A stretch of DNA of 64,000 bases from an uncultured Alphaproteobacteria bacterium (GCA_944392265.1 CALXWC010000002.1:17729-81728); one strand, 5' to 3'; numbered from the stretch's first letter, positions 43,831-55,280 are shown. Program-made: numbers and translations. The notes: generated by a model not told the origin, from the letters alone.

Positions 43831-45729
43831 TTATCTCGGTTGGGTTACGACCTCTTCCCCAATCACGCTTTCTTCAATATATTCATCCGTACATTGAGGA
43901 CCTAAGCAACGCTTTAAGACCGTAGCCTTGCGCCCTTCCGTTAGCCCCATCACGCGCATGGATGGAACATACACATCGACTACCGTAATTTTGAAAGTGA
44001 TATAAGCCGTATTTCCTTCTTCATCAGAAATATATACTTTTATTTTATATTCCTTGTTTTCTGATGGCTGAACTTGGCCGGTAAAGCGCATGGCTTTTTC
44101 ATCATACTTCAACCAAGACGGCAACGGAGAATCGTCATACAAACCGGCTTTGGTGGTTAACTTTCCTTGGAAATCAATTTTCTTCAAAATATCTTGAGGA
44201 ATCGTGAAGTCAATATTCTTCCAGGTTTCTAAAACCATATCCGGCACTAATGTTTGAGATGAAATATTAACCGGAGGACGTTTAGCCGGAATATCTAACA
44301 AATATGGACGATTGTCCGGCATAAATTCACCATTTTCCCATTTTCTGAATGTTTTTCTCAAATACATGGCAATTTGAGACGGCTTTTCATTCAACATATA
44401 GTAAGGCAAAGCATCAAGACCTAATGTGGCATACAAGTTGCCTAAAGAATCTTGCAACTCTACATAGGCTGAATATGCATTGGTTTCATCTTCAATGGCT
44501 TTGGCAGCCTCAAGCTTGCTTTTTTCAGCTTTGCTACCATCTATTATTGTTACATCTTCAGCAATGTTTTCTGAAACATTGGCCAATTCTTGACTGATTT
44601 GATAATCTTCATATGCAGACATATATCTTGCCCAAGCAACATAAACTTGATTCAAAATCAAAGAAGTTATTCTTTGTCTGCGCAAAGTTTCTAACTCATT
44701 TTCTGAAGGATTTTTCATATCTTCAAAAATATGAATAGCAACTTCTTTACCTTGTTTAGCAATCAAACGATTATAATAAGACGGATTGTTTTTATATTTT
44801 GTTTCAGACGGAGCTTCATATGTTTTAACATAAATTTTTAATTCTTCGGGAGATGTAACCAAATCTCTTACACGCAACTCCGGACGATTGGTTAACGCAA
44901 TCCATTCCATTTCAGATAAATTGCCTTTAATTTCCGGCAAAGCAAAGTTACCGTATTCGGCACCAACTAATTTATATTCGCTGTATGGATGTAAGCCCAT
45001 TAAAGTTGCTAAGCGAATCTCAGAATCTTCAAATTCTCTCTTCAAGCTTGAAAGTTGTTTGATGGCTTGCATATATTTTCTTTTTTGGACCATTTCATCC
45101 ATAGACAAGCTTAAACCTTTTTGGCTCAACTCTTTAGATTTTGCGTTCATTTCATCTACGGCCAAAGTCATATATTCAATCATATCATCAACTGTTGGCA
45201 AAAATTTTTGCGCTGTTAATGTCTTCCAATATAAAATTCTGGTCTCTTGCAAAATATTGTGGATTACCTTTCGGCTTTGTTCGTAAGCAATGTTACTTTT
45301 ATATTCCGAATCTTGACTTTGATAGTAAACACTACCCATATCCAAAATATTCCATGCTTGTTTTAACTCTGCATTGGATTTTGAAGAAGTTTTATCTGTG
45401 ATATAGCCGGCTTGTTCAAAAACTTCAGGCATTTTATCATAGCTTGTTTTGCCAGCTTTAACCATACTTTCTTCATAACTGCTTATTCTGCGGCTGTAAT
45501 TATATTTCAAGGCCAAAGCCATAGCCATATACATATCTATCGGCTTTTCAATTTTTCTTGGAGTGGCCGCATACATATTTTGCATATCACTATCCACACG
45601 GATTGCTCTGTCCCAATCATTATATGCAACAGGCGCAGGTATTCCCTTGGAATCCTGATATCCTTGATACCATCCGCATGATGATACTAAAAACAAAATC
45701 AGACTAAAAATTAAACAAAGACGTTTCAT
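43831..45729 (-). CDS. TolC-family outer-membrane lipoprotein with a C-terminal He_PIG/cadherin-like Ig domain
   Basis: Start set at MKRLCLIF (GAGGA SD); lipobox LVSSC. OEP-type repeats (IDMYMAMALALKYNYS.R; LSEMEWIALTNRPELR; LQDSLGNLYATLGLD). The tail LPSWLKYDEKAMRFTGQVQPSENKEYKIKVYISDEEGNTAYITFKITV fits the putative-Ig-domain pattern. Confidence 0.72.
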   Translation of the reverse strand: MKRLCLIFSLILFLVSSCGWYQGYQDSKGIPAPVAYNDWDRAIRVDSDMQNMYAATPRKIEKPIDMYMAMALALKYNYSRRISSYEESMVKAGKTSYDKMPEVFEQAGYITDKTSSKSNAELKQAWNILDMGSVYYQSQDSEYKSNIAYEQSRKVIHNILQETRILYWKTLTAQKFLPTVDDMIEYMTLAVDEMNAKSKELSQKGLSLSMDEMVQKRKYMQAIKQLSSLKREFEDSEIRLATLMGLHPYSEYKLVGAEYGNFALPEIKGNLSEMEWIALTNRPELRVRDLVTSPEELKIYVKTYEAPSETKYKNNPSYYNRLIAKQGKEVAIHIFEDMKNPSENELETLRRQRITSLILNQVYVAWARYMSAYEDYQISQELANVSENIAEDVTIIDGSKAEKSKLEAAKAIEDETNAYSAYVELQDSLGNLYATLGLDALPYYMLNEKPSQIAMYLRKTFRKWENGEFMPDNRPYLLDIPAKRPPVNISSQTLVPDMVLETWKNIDFTIPQDILKKIDFQGKLTTKAGLYDDSPLPSWLKYDEKAMRFTGQVQPSENKEYKIKVYISDEEGNTAYITFKITVVDVYVPSMRVMGLTEGRKATVLKRCLGPQCTDEYIEESVIGEEVVTQPR

Positions 45730-45887
45730 CTTATATATATCCTCTAGAGACAATTTTGTTTTTAAGTTATACTAATTATTTTAAGAATAATAGTATTTAT
45801 TTGATTTTATCCAACTTTCATATAGAAATTATTAAATAAAGTTGATTATAATCTTTAGTAAATACATTCAATAAAGGAATTGTTTTT

Positions 45888-46658
45888 ATGTCTGGCATCT
45901 TTAAAACACTATTTAAATATAAAGAAAAGGAAAGTCCTGATAAATTAGGCTTATATCCGGAAAGTGTTCACGTTGATGCCATGCCGGAAAGAAGATATTT
46001 GTGGACTTCTCGCTTGCTGGTTATTGTTGCCTGCATGAGCATTAGCTTTAATATGATGTTAGCCGCTTCTATTTATATTATGCTGCCACAACGCTCCGCC
46101 TCTCCAAGACTTTTATATATAGATGATTATTTTTCGAAGTTAGAGCAAGTTCAACCATCCGAGCTTGGTATTTCTGCAACTGATGTTATTACGGAGCAAC
46201 ACATCTATCACTATATCATGCTTAGACATAAAATTCCTTCCGATTATGATGATTTAATTAGGAAATGGTCTCCTTATGAAACTCTTTATTGGTATTCAAC
46301 GTCTTTCGTATTTAACGAATTTACAACAACTGAAGCACAATTGGCCATTGAACAATTTAAAAACAGAGGTTTGCGTCGTAATGTTGAAATTCAGTGGATT
46401 AAAATTTTGACAACAAACCTCTGGCAAGCTCAGTTTTTAACTTATGATTATTATTCCAACCAAACAAAACCTGAAGTTTATATCTGGCGTGCCATTATTC
46501 GTATCGGATACGGAACACCTGCTTTTCGTAACCGTGATGACTTGGGTAAAAACCCATTTGGATTTTTGGTTACCAACTATTCATTAGGTTATATGGGAAC
46601 TCCGGAAACTTCAGTTCACTACTTGAAGACGGTGAAAGAAAATGCACTGACAAGATAA
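45888..46658 (+). CDS. VirB8/TrbF-like bitopic inner-membrane protein
   Basis: Short cytoplasmic N-terminus, one TM, and a periplasmic domain ending ...IWRAIIRIGYG.......GKNPFGFLVTNYSLGY, resembling the VirB8 NPLGF.V..Y signature. Assignment is by eye. Confidence 0.55.
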   Translation: MSGIFKTLFKYKEKESPDKLGLYPESVHVDAMPERRYLWTSRLLVIVACMSISFNMMLAASIYIMLPQRSASPRLLYIDDYFSKLEQVQPSELGISATDVITEQHIYHYIMLRHKIPSDYDDLIRKWSPYETLYWYSTSFVFNEFTTTEAQLAIEQFKNRGLRRNVEIQWIKILTTNLWQAQFLTYDYYSNQTKPEVYIWRAIIRIGYGTPAFRNRDDLGKNPFGFLVTNYSLGYMGTPETSVHYLKTVKENALTR

Positions 46659-46688
46659 TAAAAAAAGGCTTTTAAAAGCCTTTTTTTT
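46659..46688. terminator. Bidirectional rho-independent terminator
   Basis: aaaaaaggctt-ttaa-aagcctttttttt palindrome between convergent genes. Confidence 0.7.
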
Positions 46689-47631
46689 ATTTTGATTTGC
46701 TTGCTTTTTTTCTTTTCTTTAAGTTAGTTAATTTATCGCTGACGATAGATGTATCTCGTCCGGTTTTTGCCAAACGATCATACATTCTTTCAATTTCTTT
46801 TTCCAGATAAGCTTGCTCAATTTCATTCGCTAAGTCATTTTGCTCTTTTAATGAACCGTGATTTTCAATCTCTTGCATATTTTCAATAATATCTTCAACA
46901 TGCACGGAACTATCTGTTTTCTTTTTAATGAAATACGGCAATTCATAAATCAATTTACGAGCCTGAGCATAAGCATCTTTGGTGCTGTCTGTTTTTTTAT
47001 AACGGAGCTTTAACAGACGGAATACAATACTTAACTCATTGCTATCATCAACAACGATAAAAGGTATTGGGTCTGCAAATCCTTCTATGGCAATATATTT
47101 TAAATATTCTACCAAGTGGTGAAAAAATCCATTTACGTTATATAAAATAAATGGCTTAACAGGCAACAAACCATCTTGCATAGCCACACAATCATAAGCC
47201 AACTCATCCAAAGTGCCGACGCCCCCCGGTGCAAAGACCACAAAATCTGCATTTAAGAGTTTTTGTTTTCTTTCTTCCAAGGTTTGAGCCACGATCACAT
47301 CTTCAATTTGAGATATAATTTCATCACTTTGATAAAGATTATAATATTCTTTTGTGGTAATCCCCTGAATGGCAGATGCCTTATCTTTATTGTGTTTCCA
47401 ACCATCCAGAACACCTCTGGCTACCGCCCCCATAATGCCGTTGCTAGACAAACCAAAGTCAAGCTTAAACTCCATTCTGGCTATTTGACGTCCTAAATTA
47501 TATGCTTCTTCGACGTAGATTTCATCGGCTCCAGCTCTTGAGCCTCCTGCCACAAATACGCGTAAACCTTTTCTAGCATTTTCTTCGGCAAAGCTGTCTA
47601 CAACTGCATCCATTTTTTCTTGATTATCCAT
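46687..47631 (-). CDS. LOG-family (TIGR00730, lysine-decarboxylase-like) protein with a C-terminal extension of about 110 aa
   Basis: ...VFVAGGSRAG...., IMGAVARG, VFAPGGVGTLDEL (PGGxGTxxE motif). Confidence 0.8.
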   Translation of the reverse strand: MDNQEKMDAVVDSFAEENARKGLRVFVAGGSRAGADEIYVEEAYNLGRQIARMEFKLDFGLSSNGIMGAVARGVLDGWKHNKDKASAIQGITTKEYYNLYQSDEIISQIEDVIVAQTLEERKQKLLNADFVVFAPGGVGTLDELAYDCVAMQDGLLPVKPFILYNVNGFFHHLVEYLKYIAIEGFADPIPFIVVDDSNELSIVFRLLKLRYKKTDSTKDAYAQARKLIYELPYFIKKKTDSSVHVEDIIENMQEIENHGSLKEQNDLANEIEQAYLEKEIERMYDRLAKTGRDTSIVSDKLTNLKKRKKASKSK

Positions 47632-47640
47632 TATTCCTCC

Positions 47641-48768
<1,128 letters not shown>

Positions 48769-48842
48769 CTATTCATTCCTAATAAAAATTATAATGAATA
48801 GATAATGCCCTCAATTGTCAATTAAAGCAAGGAACTTTTTTA

Positions 48843-49553
48843 TTATTCTTCTTCGTCTTCAATCATATTCTTGTCAATGGCATATCCGGTGGCACGAACG
48901 GTTCTAATGTAATCCGGACCAAATTCATTTAATGATTTTCTTAAGCGACGGATATGCACATCTACCGTTCTGGATTCAACGTAAATGTTATCTCCCCAAA
49001 CATTTTTTAACAAATATTCACGAGAGAAAACTTTTTCCGGATTTTCCATCAACATACGCAATAAACGAAATTCGGTCGGCCCTAAGTGAATATAATTTTC
49101 GCCTCGGTAAACTTTTTTACCAACCAAATCCATACGAATGTCTTCAAAAATCAACTCTTTTTCTTCTTTGGGCTCGGGAGCGCGTCTTAATTGAGATTTT
49201 ACTCTGGCCATGAGTTCCGGAATGGAAAAAGGTTTGGTTACATAGTCATCAGCACCAGAAGAAAGCCCTTTGATTTTGTCTTCTTCTTCTCCCTTTGCCG
49301 TGAGCATAATAACAGGAATTGCTTTAATATCGGGCTTACTCCTAATCATTTTGCAGAGTTCAACTCCGGATAATTCCGGCAACATCCAGTCTAAGATAAT
49401 CACGGAAGGTAAATTTTTTTCAATTTCAGCGATGACCTTTCCGCCTCTGGCCTCCCATAAAACTTCATATCCCTCTTTTTCTAGATTGTATTTTAGAAGC
49501 AGGGCCAAAGCCTCTTCATCTTCTACTAACATTACTTTGTGTTTCATCTGCAA
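48843..49553 (-). CDS. OmpR/PhoB-family response regulator
   Basis: Receiver residues present (VEDEE, ILDWMLP, MLTAK, VTKPF) and a winged-helix output domain (...VDVHIRRLRKSL......I.TVR.GY). Confidence 0.88.
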   Translation of the reverse strand: MQMKHKVMLVEDEEALALLLKYNLEKEGYEVLWEARGGKVIAEIEKNLPSVIILDWMLPELSGVELCKMIRSKPDIKAIPVIMLTAKGEEEDKIKGLSSGADDYVTKPFSIPELMARVKSQLRRAPEPKEEKELIFEDIRMDLVGKKVYRGENYIHLGPTEFRLLRMLMENPEKVFSREYLLKNVWGDNIYVESRTVDVHIRRLRKSLNEFGPDYIRTVRATGYAIDKNMIEDEEE

Positions 49554-49602
49554 CCTCGATTTTTATCATTCTGGTTTGAATTTTAAGCATTTAATCTTAA
49601 TA

Positions 49603-50238
49603 TTACCTTAAACCGTTAATATTTTTCTTATAATCTCCACCAACAAAAATTGAAGACCCTGCAACCAAAATATCCGCTCCGGCAGCAATGCATTCTGCTG
49701 CTGTCATCGGATTAATTCCTCCGTCAACTTCTATTTCGATAGCTTTATCGCCAATCATTTGTTTTATATTACTGATTTTTTCTAATTGCGAATCGATGAA
49801 TGTTTGGCCGCCAAACCCTGGGTTGACACTCATCACTAAAATTTGATCCAATCTATCCAAAACATATCTTATTGTTTCTTCAGATGTTGCCGGATTAAGC
49901 GATACACCAACTTTTGCGCCATACTCTTTAATGCTCATCAAGGTCTTATCTAAATGAGAACAAGCTTCGGCATGAACCGTGATAATATCTGCACCTGCTT
50001 TGGCAAACCAGGGAATCATTTTATCGGGATCTTTTACCATCAAATGCACATCAAACGGGAGTTTTGTATATGGTCTTAATGCTTTTACAACCGCAGCCCC
50101 AAATGTTAAATTCGGAACATAATGACCATCCATAACGTCTATATGTATCATATCTGCTCCGGCTTCTTCCAAAGCCTTTATCTCTTTGCCCAAATTGGCA
50201 AAATCAGCAGAAAGTATACTTGGGGCAATTTTTACCAT
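49603..50238 (-). CDS. rpe: Ribulose-phosphate 3-epimerase
   Basis: [15 protein letters not shown]......[17 protein letters not shown]...V......P.DVHLM...P; 211 aa. Confidence 0.93.
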   Translation of the reverse strand: MVKIAPSILSADFANLGKEIKALEEAGADMIHIDVMDGHYVPNLTFGAAVVKALRPYTKLPFDVHLMVKDPDKMIPWFAKAGADIITVHAEACSHLDKTLMSIKEYGAKVGVSLNPATSEETIRYVLDRLDQILVMSVNPGFGGQTFIDSQLEKISNIKQMIGDKAIEIEVDGGINPMTAAECIAAGADILVAGSSIFVGGDYKKNINGLR

Positions 50239-50294
50239 GTTTTTTCTCCTTTAGTCTTTCTTTCTACTATAATATGATATTTCTTAAAAAATTT

Positions 50295-50323
50295 AAAATA
50301 AAAAAGGCTCTCTTATGAGAGCC
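50295..50323 (-). terminator. Rho-independent terminator of fba
   Basis: Minus strand: ggctctc-ataa-gagagcc hairpin followed by a T-run. Confidence 0.85.
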
Positions 50324-50344
50324 TTTAACTTTGTGAAGCTTAAA

Positions 50345-51394
50345 TTAGAGCTCACCTGCGGCATAGCGTTTGGCCATTTCAGACATTGGAATAACCTTAA
50401 TTTTATCTGCATGACCGGCAGCACCGAAAGCAACAAAGCGTGCTTCGCATACTTTTTGCATCTCTTCAATTGCAGGTTTCAAATATTTACGAGGATCAAA
50501 TTCTTTCGGATTTTCAGCAAAAATCTTACGGATTGCACCGGTGATTGCCATACGGCAGTCTGTATCTACGTTTACTTTACGAACACCGGATTTAATACCT
50601 CTAACGATTTCTTCAACAGGAACACCGTAAGTTTGAGGAATTGCACCACCATAGGCATTGATAATATCTTGCAATTCTTGAGGAACTGAAGATGAACCAT
50701 GCATAACCATGTGAGTGTTCGGCAATTTTTTATGGATTTTTTCAATAACATCAATTGCCAAAATTTCGCCATCCGGTTTACGAGTGAATTTATATGCACC
50801 GTGAGATGTTCCAACAGCAACAGCCAAAGCATCCAACTTGGTTTCTGCAACAAAGCGAGCAGCTTCATCCGGGTCTGTTACAAGACGCTTCTTGTCAATA
50901 ACACCTTCTGCTCCGTGACCGTCTTCTTTATCACCTTTACCGGTTTCCAAAGAACCGATAACACCTAATTCACCTTCAACAGATGCACCAACAGCATGTG
51001 CTCTGGCAACAACTTCTTTGGTTACATGTACGTTATATTCAAATGAAGATGGAGTTTTTCCGTCTGCTTCCAAAGAACCATCCATCATTACGGAAGAATA
51101 GCCGTTTACAATTGCAGATTGGCAAACATCTACTGAAGAACCATGGTCTTGGTGCAAACAAATCGGCAATTCAGGGAACATTTCAATTCCGGCTTGAATC
51201 ATATGACGAATCATCGGATCACCGGCAAATTTACGCGCACCGGTAGATGTTTGAATAATAACCGGAGCGTTTACTTTTTTGGCTGCTTGCAATACAGCGA
51301 TAATTTGTTCCATATCGTTAACGTTAAATGCAGGAACACCATAATTGTTCTCTGCTGCGTGGTCTAAAATCTGACGCATTGTAATTAAAGGCAT
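50345..51394 (-). CDS. fba: Class II fructose-bisphosphate aldolase
   Basis: MPLITMRQILDHAAENNYGVPAFNVN..E......AA....PVI.Q.S....LHQDHG...MHGSS pattern; 349 aa. Confidence 0.93.
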   Translation of the reverse strand: MPLITMRQILDHAAENNYGVPAFNVNDMEQIIAVLQAAKKVNAPVIIQTSTGARKFAGDPMIRHMIQAGIEMFPELPICLHQDHGSSVDVCQSAIVNGYSSVMMDGSLEADGKTPSSFEYNVHVTKEVVARAHAVGASVEGELGVIGSLETGKGDKEDGHGAEGVIDKKRLVTDPDEAARFVAETKLDALAVAVGTSHGAYKFTRKPDGEILAIDVIEKIHKKLPNTHMVMHGSSSVPQELQDIINAYGGAIPQTYGVPVEEIVRGIKSGVRKVNVDTDCRMAITGAIRKIFAENPKEFDPRKYLKPAIEEMQKVCEARFVAFGAAGHADKIKVIPMSEMAKRYAAGEL

Positions 51395-51728
51395 ATTTTA
51401 ACTCCTTTTGTGATTATATTTATCTAACTGCTGCAAATATATATCCTTCTCCCCGATTTGCAAGATTTTTTTATTTTATAATCTGGTAACTGTATAGTTT
51501 AACAAAAATGTCATAATTTTTTATGCAAAATTATGCTATTATAAAATTATAAAGATTCCCTCCCCCTCTTGGGTACTGTTTCAAATAAACGCTTTTTTAT
51601 AAGCATGCAGTCATACAAAACCAAATTTGAAGCGGTACCCATCTTTTTTTTATCTTTATCTTGATTTTTTATGTAAAGATGCTATTTTCCCTTTCGATAT
51701 TTTATTATTAATTAAATTCAAACAAGTT

Positions 51729-52151
51729 ATGGAAAATTTATTATTGGTTTGCATCGCCATCTTTTTGTTTGGCGCATGTATTTGGATTCAACTTACTTTG
51801 TCACACAGAGTAGTAAGACAAGAAATTGCTTGGAGCACACTTTTTATGTGGAACCTGCTCTCTTTTTCAGGATTGCTCTTGTTTTGCAAAGATAATTTTG
51901 AATCTTATCGCATTTTTTCTTTATTTGGAATTGCCAACCTCATTTGGCCGGTGTGCTATTATTGGTACAAAAGAATATTTCATATAAAGGAAATTAAAAG
52001 ACTTGAAATTTCTGATGATCAGACTAAACAACACAAAATAAATATTGAAGAGGGAAAAATCTATCAATTCAGAAGATGGTTATGGAGATATTATATTTCT
52101 TTAGTCGGTATCTTCTGTGTGGTTGCATTTCTGATTTTCATCATGGGTTAA
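51729..52151 (+). CDS. Hypothetical membrane protein (140 aa)
   Basis: Four predicted TM helices. Start set at the internal ATG (MENLLLV). A terminator follows. Confidence 0.5.
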   Translation: MENLLLVCIAIFLFGACIWIQLTLSHRVVRQEIAWSTLFMWNLLSFSGLLLFCKDNFESYRIFSLFGIANLIWPVCYYWYKRIFHIKEIKRLEISDDQTKQHKINIEEGKIYQFRRWLWRYYISLVGIFCVVAFLIFIMG

Positions 52152-52191
52152 CAAAAAAACGTTCACTTTATTAAAAAGTGAACGTTTTTTT
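52152..52191. terminator. Bidirectional rho-independent terminator
   Basis: aacgttcac-N11-gtgaacgtt hairpin flanked by A- and T-runs. Confidence 0.8.
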
Positions 52192-52215
52192 TGTTTATTA
52201 AGCTTTTTATTTAAT

Positions 52216-52623
52216 TCAAGCTTTTTTTGCGGCGGCCTCTTTCTCACGAGCTTCTTTTCTTTTGCGCTCGTAATACTCGTCTTCCGGAATGAGTTCAAAA
52301 TCGTTATCTACTTTGACATAGTGCCAAACGGTTTTGCCCATTGCCTTGAAAGAACAATACTCCCCGTACTTTTCAATTTTTGTTCCTTCTTGAGGAATAA
52401 TAATTGCTGTACGCGGTGTCTTTCCGGAGTATGCCTTCACATATAAGTAACTTGGGACACCCTCGCTTTCAACTTCGGCTACAAAGGCAATATAGCCATG
52501 ATCGCGACCGTTCTGAGGGTAAATCCGACAAGGCAAAAAATCATTTATATTCAAATAAAATCCTGCCTCTCTCGCTTTTTCAACAACCTGACTTGCACGC
52601 CAGATATATTCATTCTTTTCCAT
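52216..52623 (-). CDS. Hypothetical protein (135 aa) with a Lys/Glu-rich tail
   Basis: Clean ORF between terminator-like elements. No recognisable motif. Confidence 0.6.
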   Translation of the reverse strand: MEKNEYIWRASQVVEKAREAGFYLNINDFLPCRIYPQNGRDHGYIAFVAEVESEGVPSYLYVKAYSGKTPRTAIIIPQEGTKIEKYGEYCSFKAMGKTVWHYVKVDNDFELIPEDEYYERKRKEAREKEAAAKKA

Positions 52624-52720
52624 AAAAATATGTTTTAGGGTTTTACAATAATATTAACTGTTCTTCGAAATTATCACCGCATTTCGTTTTGTCAATGATT
52701 TTTCACTCTTTTGGCAAAAT

Positions 52721-52748
52721 AAAAAAGGACCATTTCCGGTCCTTTTTT
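52721..52748. terminator. Bidirectional rho-independent terminator (after tkt)
   Basis: aaaaaggacc-N6-ggtccttttt. Confidence 0.8.
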
Positions 52749-52760
52749 ATTTTTATATTA

Positions 52761-54728
52761 CTAAATCAAATCTTTAACAGCATTTACAACCGCATCTTTG
52801 GTTATGCCGAAATGCTTATATAATTCTCCGGCCGGACCAGATGCTCCAAAGCTGTCGATTCCTATTATCTTGCCGTTTTCTCCGACATATCGTTCCCAAC
52901 CATACGAAGATGCTGCTTCAACGGAAACTCTTGGCGCGTTGCCCAAAACACTTGCCTTATATTCTTTATTTTGAGCATCAAACAATTCTGCGCAAGGCAT
53001 TGAAACGACCGCAACATCAATACCTTCTTCCTTCAAGGCTTTTTGCGCCTCAATTGCCAAAGAAACTTCTGAACCTGTGGCAATAATTGTGGCTTTTCTG
53101 GCTTTGCCTTTTTCTACGTCTGAAATAACATAACCACCTTTTAAGGTCAAATTTTCTTTAGATGAGGTGCGTATCATCGGCAAGCCTTGTCTGGTTAAGG
53201 CTAAAATGCTTGGTGTTTTTTCACTTTCCAGCGCAATTTTCCATGCTTCTGCCGTTTCAACCACATCACACGGTCTGAAAGTATAAATATTGGGCATTGC
53301 TCTATATGATGCCAAATGTTCAATCGGTTGATGGGTTGGTCCATCTTCTCCTACACCGATAGAATCGTGTGTTAAAACATAAACAACTCTTATACCCATC
53401 AAAGCGGCTAATCTCATGGATGGACGCATATAATCTGAAAAGACAAAGAATGTGCCGCCATAAGGTAAAATACCTCCATGCAAAGCCAAACCGTTCATAA
53501 TGGCGGCCATAGCATGTTCTCTAATACCATACATTAAATTGTTGCCATTATAATCTTCTTTGGTAACGGTCTTCATGCCATTGACAAATGTTAAGTTTGA
53601 AGCGGCCAAATCTGCCGAACCGCCAACAATTTGCGGAATATTCGGAACAATGGCTTCCAAGCACATTTGGCTGGCCTTTCTGGTGGCAACTTTTGTTTTT
53701 TCGGCAATTGATTTTTCTGCTAACGCATTCAAATCTTTATCCCAATTTAGAGGTAATTTGCCGGCAATAACATCTAAAAATTCTTGGCCTTTGGCTTGAG
53801 CTTTTTTCTGCCAATTTTTGTATTCTTCTTGATGTTTGCTTCCAGCGTCCTTCCAAGCTTTCAAAATCTCTGCAGGCACCTCAAAAGGAGCATAATTCCA
53901 ATTTAAGTTTTGACGCATTTGAGCAACTTCTTCTTCACCCAAAGGAGAACCGTGACATTTGCTGGTTCCTGCTTTGTTGGGCGCACCAAATCCGATTTTT
54001 GTTTTGCAAGCAATTAAGGTCGGTTTATCTGATTTTTGAGCCTTGGCAATAGCTTTTTCAATCTCTTCATAATCATGACCGTTAATTTCTAATGTATTCC
54101 AACCGACAGCCTTAAAGCGCTCAATCTGGTTGGTTGAGTTTGCTTTATCAACGGTTCCGTCGATGGTGATATTGTTATTATCCCACAAAACAATTAGTTT
54201 ATTTAAACCCCAATGTCCGGCCAAAGAAATTGCCTCTTCGGAAATGCCTTCCATTAAGCAACCATCACCACAAATCACATATGTATAGTGAGAGCAAACA
54301 TCCTCGCCATATTTTGCGGCAATAATTCTTTCTGCCATAGCCATGCCCACTGCAGAGCTAATACCTTGTCCCAATGGTCCTGTAGTCATATCAATTCCTG
54401 CCAAATGACCATATTCAGGGTGACCTGCCGTTTTGGCGCCAAGTTGACGGAAGTTTTTGATATCTTCAATTGAAATATCTTCATAGCCCATCAAGTATAA
54501 TAAAGAATACATTAACATGGAACCATGTCCGGCTGACAAGACGAATCTATCTCTGTCAAACCATTTAGGATTTTTAGGATCTAACTTGATGAATTTTGAA
54601 AACAAAACGGTTGCAACATCTGCCATTCCCAAAGGCATTCCGGGGTGTCCGGACTGAGATTTTTCAATAGCATCCGCACTCAGAAAACGAATCGCATTTG
54701 CCATTTGTTTTAAGGAAACATCATTCAT
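52761..54728 (-). CDS. tkt: Transketolase
   Basis: ...SGHPGMPLGMADV...., GDGCLMEGIS (TPP motif), ...THDSIGVGEDGPTHQPIE...; 655 aa. Confidence 0.95.
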   Translation of the reverse strand: MNDVSLKQMANAIRFLSADAIEKSQSGHPGMPLGMADVATVLFSKFIKLDPKNPKWFDRDRFVLSAGHGSMLMYSLLYLMGYEDISIEDIKNFRQLGAKTAGHPEYGHLAGIDMTTGPLGQGISSAVGMAMAERIIAAKYGEDVCSHYTYVICGDGCLMEGISEEAISLAGHWGLNKLIVLWDNNNITIDGTVDKANSTNQIERFKAVGWNTLEINGHDYEEIEKAIAKAQKSDKPTLIACKTKIGFGAPNKAGTSKCHGSPLGEEEVAQMRQNLNWNYAPFEVPAEILKAWKDAGSKHQEEYKNWQKKAQAKGQEFLDVIAGKLPLNWDKDLNALAEKSIAEKTKVATRKASQMCLEAIVPNIPQIVGGSADLAASNLTFVNGMKTVTKEDYNGNNLMYGIREHAMAAIMNGLALHGGILPYGGTFFVFSDYMRPSMRLAALMGIRVVYVLTHDSIGVGEDGPTHQPIEHLASYRAMPNIYTFRPCDVVETAEAWKIALESEKTPSILALTRQGLPMIRTSSKENLTLKGGYVISDVEKGKARKATIIATGSEVSLAIEAQKALKEEGIDVAVVSMPCAELFDAQNKEYKASVLGNAPRVSVEAASSYGWERYVGENGKIIGIDSFGASGPAGELYKHFGITKDAVVNAVKDLI

Positions 54729-54752
54729 CTTTTTTCTCCTGATTTTTTTTAA

Positions 54753-55271
54753 TTATTCTTCAATATAGCCTAATTCTACATCAAAGATTTTTTGATTATA
54801 TTTTCTTTCTTGCGGGCTAATATCTAATCCGGCAAAAATTTCAAACTCATACATCATATCCAAAGGAATTTTTACTTCCACTTGTTTACCCTTAAATTCT
54901 TTGCTCATTTCTTTAGAAGAAAGGCTTGTTCCAACAAAGTATGACTTTTTGCCCAAAAATTGCGGTGGGCCTTTGATTGTATTGGTAAACCAAGAGAACT
55001 GGACATCCGTTTCATCCGTGTTTCTTAATTTTTTTACTTTAAATATCGGCGTGATTTTTGCTTTTTCCTGATTTACTCTTTCATCAAAATAACAAAATCC
55101 CTCTACACCAATCAGCTCAATTTCAAAATTATCTTGATAATTGACAATTTGAATTAAACGCGCATCTTGTCTTTTGATTGTGACCAATGGGCATTGTCTG
55201 TATCCTTCCGGCAGAGAAGAACACCCGCTCATATAAAGCATTAAAATTGCAAAAAATATTTTTTTGAACAT
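54753..55271 (-). CDS. Hypothetical lipoprotein (172 aa)
   Basis: Lipobox MSGC. No recognisable family. Confidence 0.62.
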   Translation of the reverse strand: MFKKIFFAILMLYMSGCSSLPEGYRQCPLVTIKRQDARLIQIVNYQDNFEIELIGVEGFCYFDERVNQEKAKITPIFKVKKLRNTDETDVQFSWFTNTIKGPPQFLGKKSYFVGTSLSSKEMSKEFKGKQVEVKIPLDMMYEFEIFAGLDISPQERKYNQKIFDVELGYIEE

Positions 55272-55280
55272 TTAATTTCC

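Noticed and set aside
51432-51475. tgcaaat-N17-atttgca inverted repeat followed by a T-run on the plus strand, upstream of fba.
   Set aside because: It looks terminator-like on the plus strand, but no plus-strand gene ends there. The stem is short and AT-rich. It may lie in the fba leader or operator region, but I cannot assign a function.
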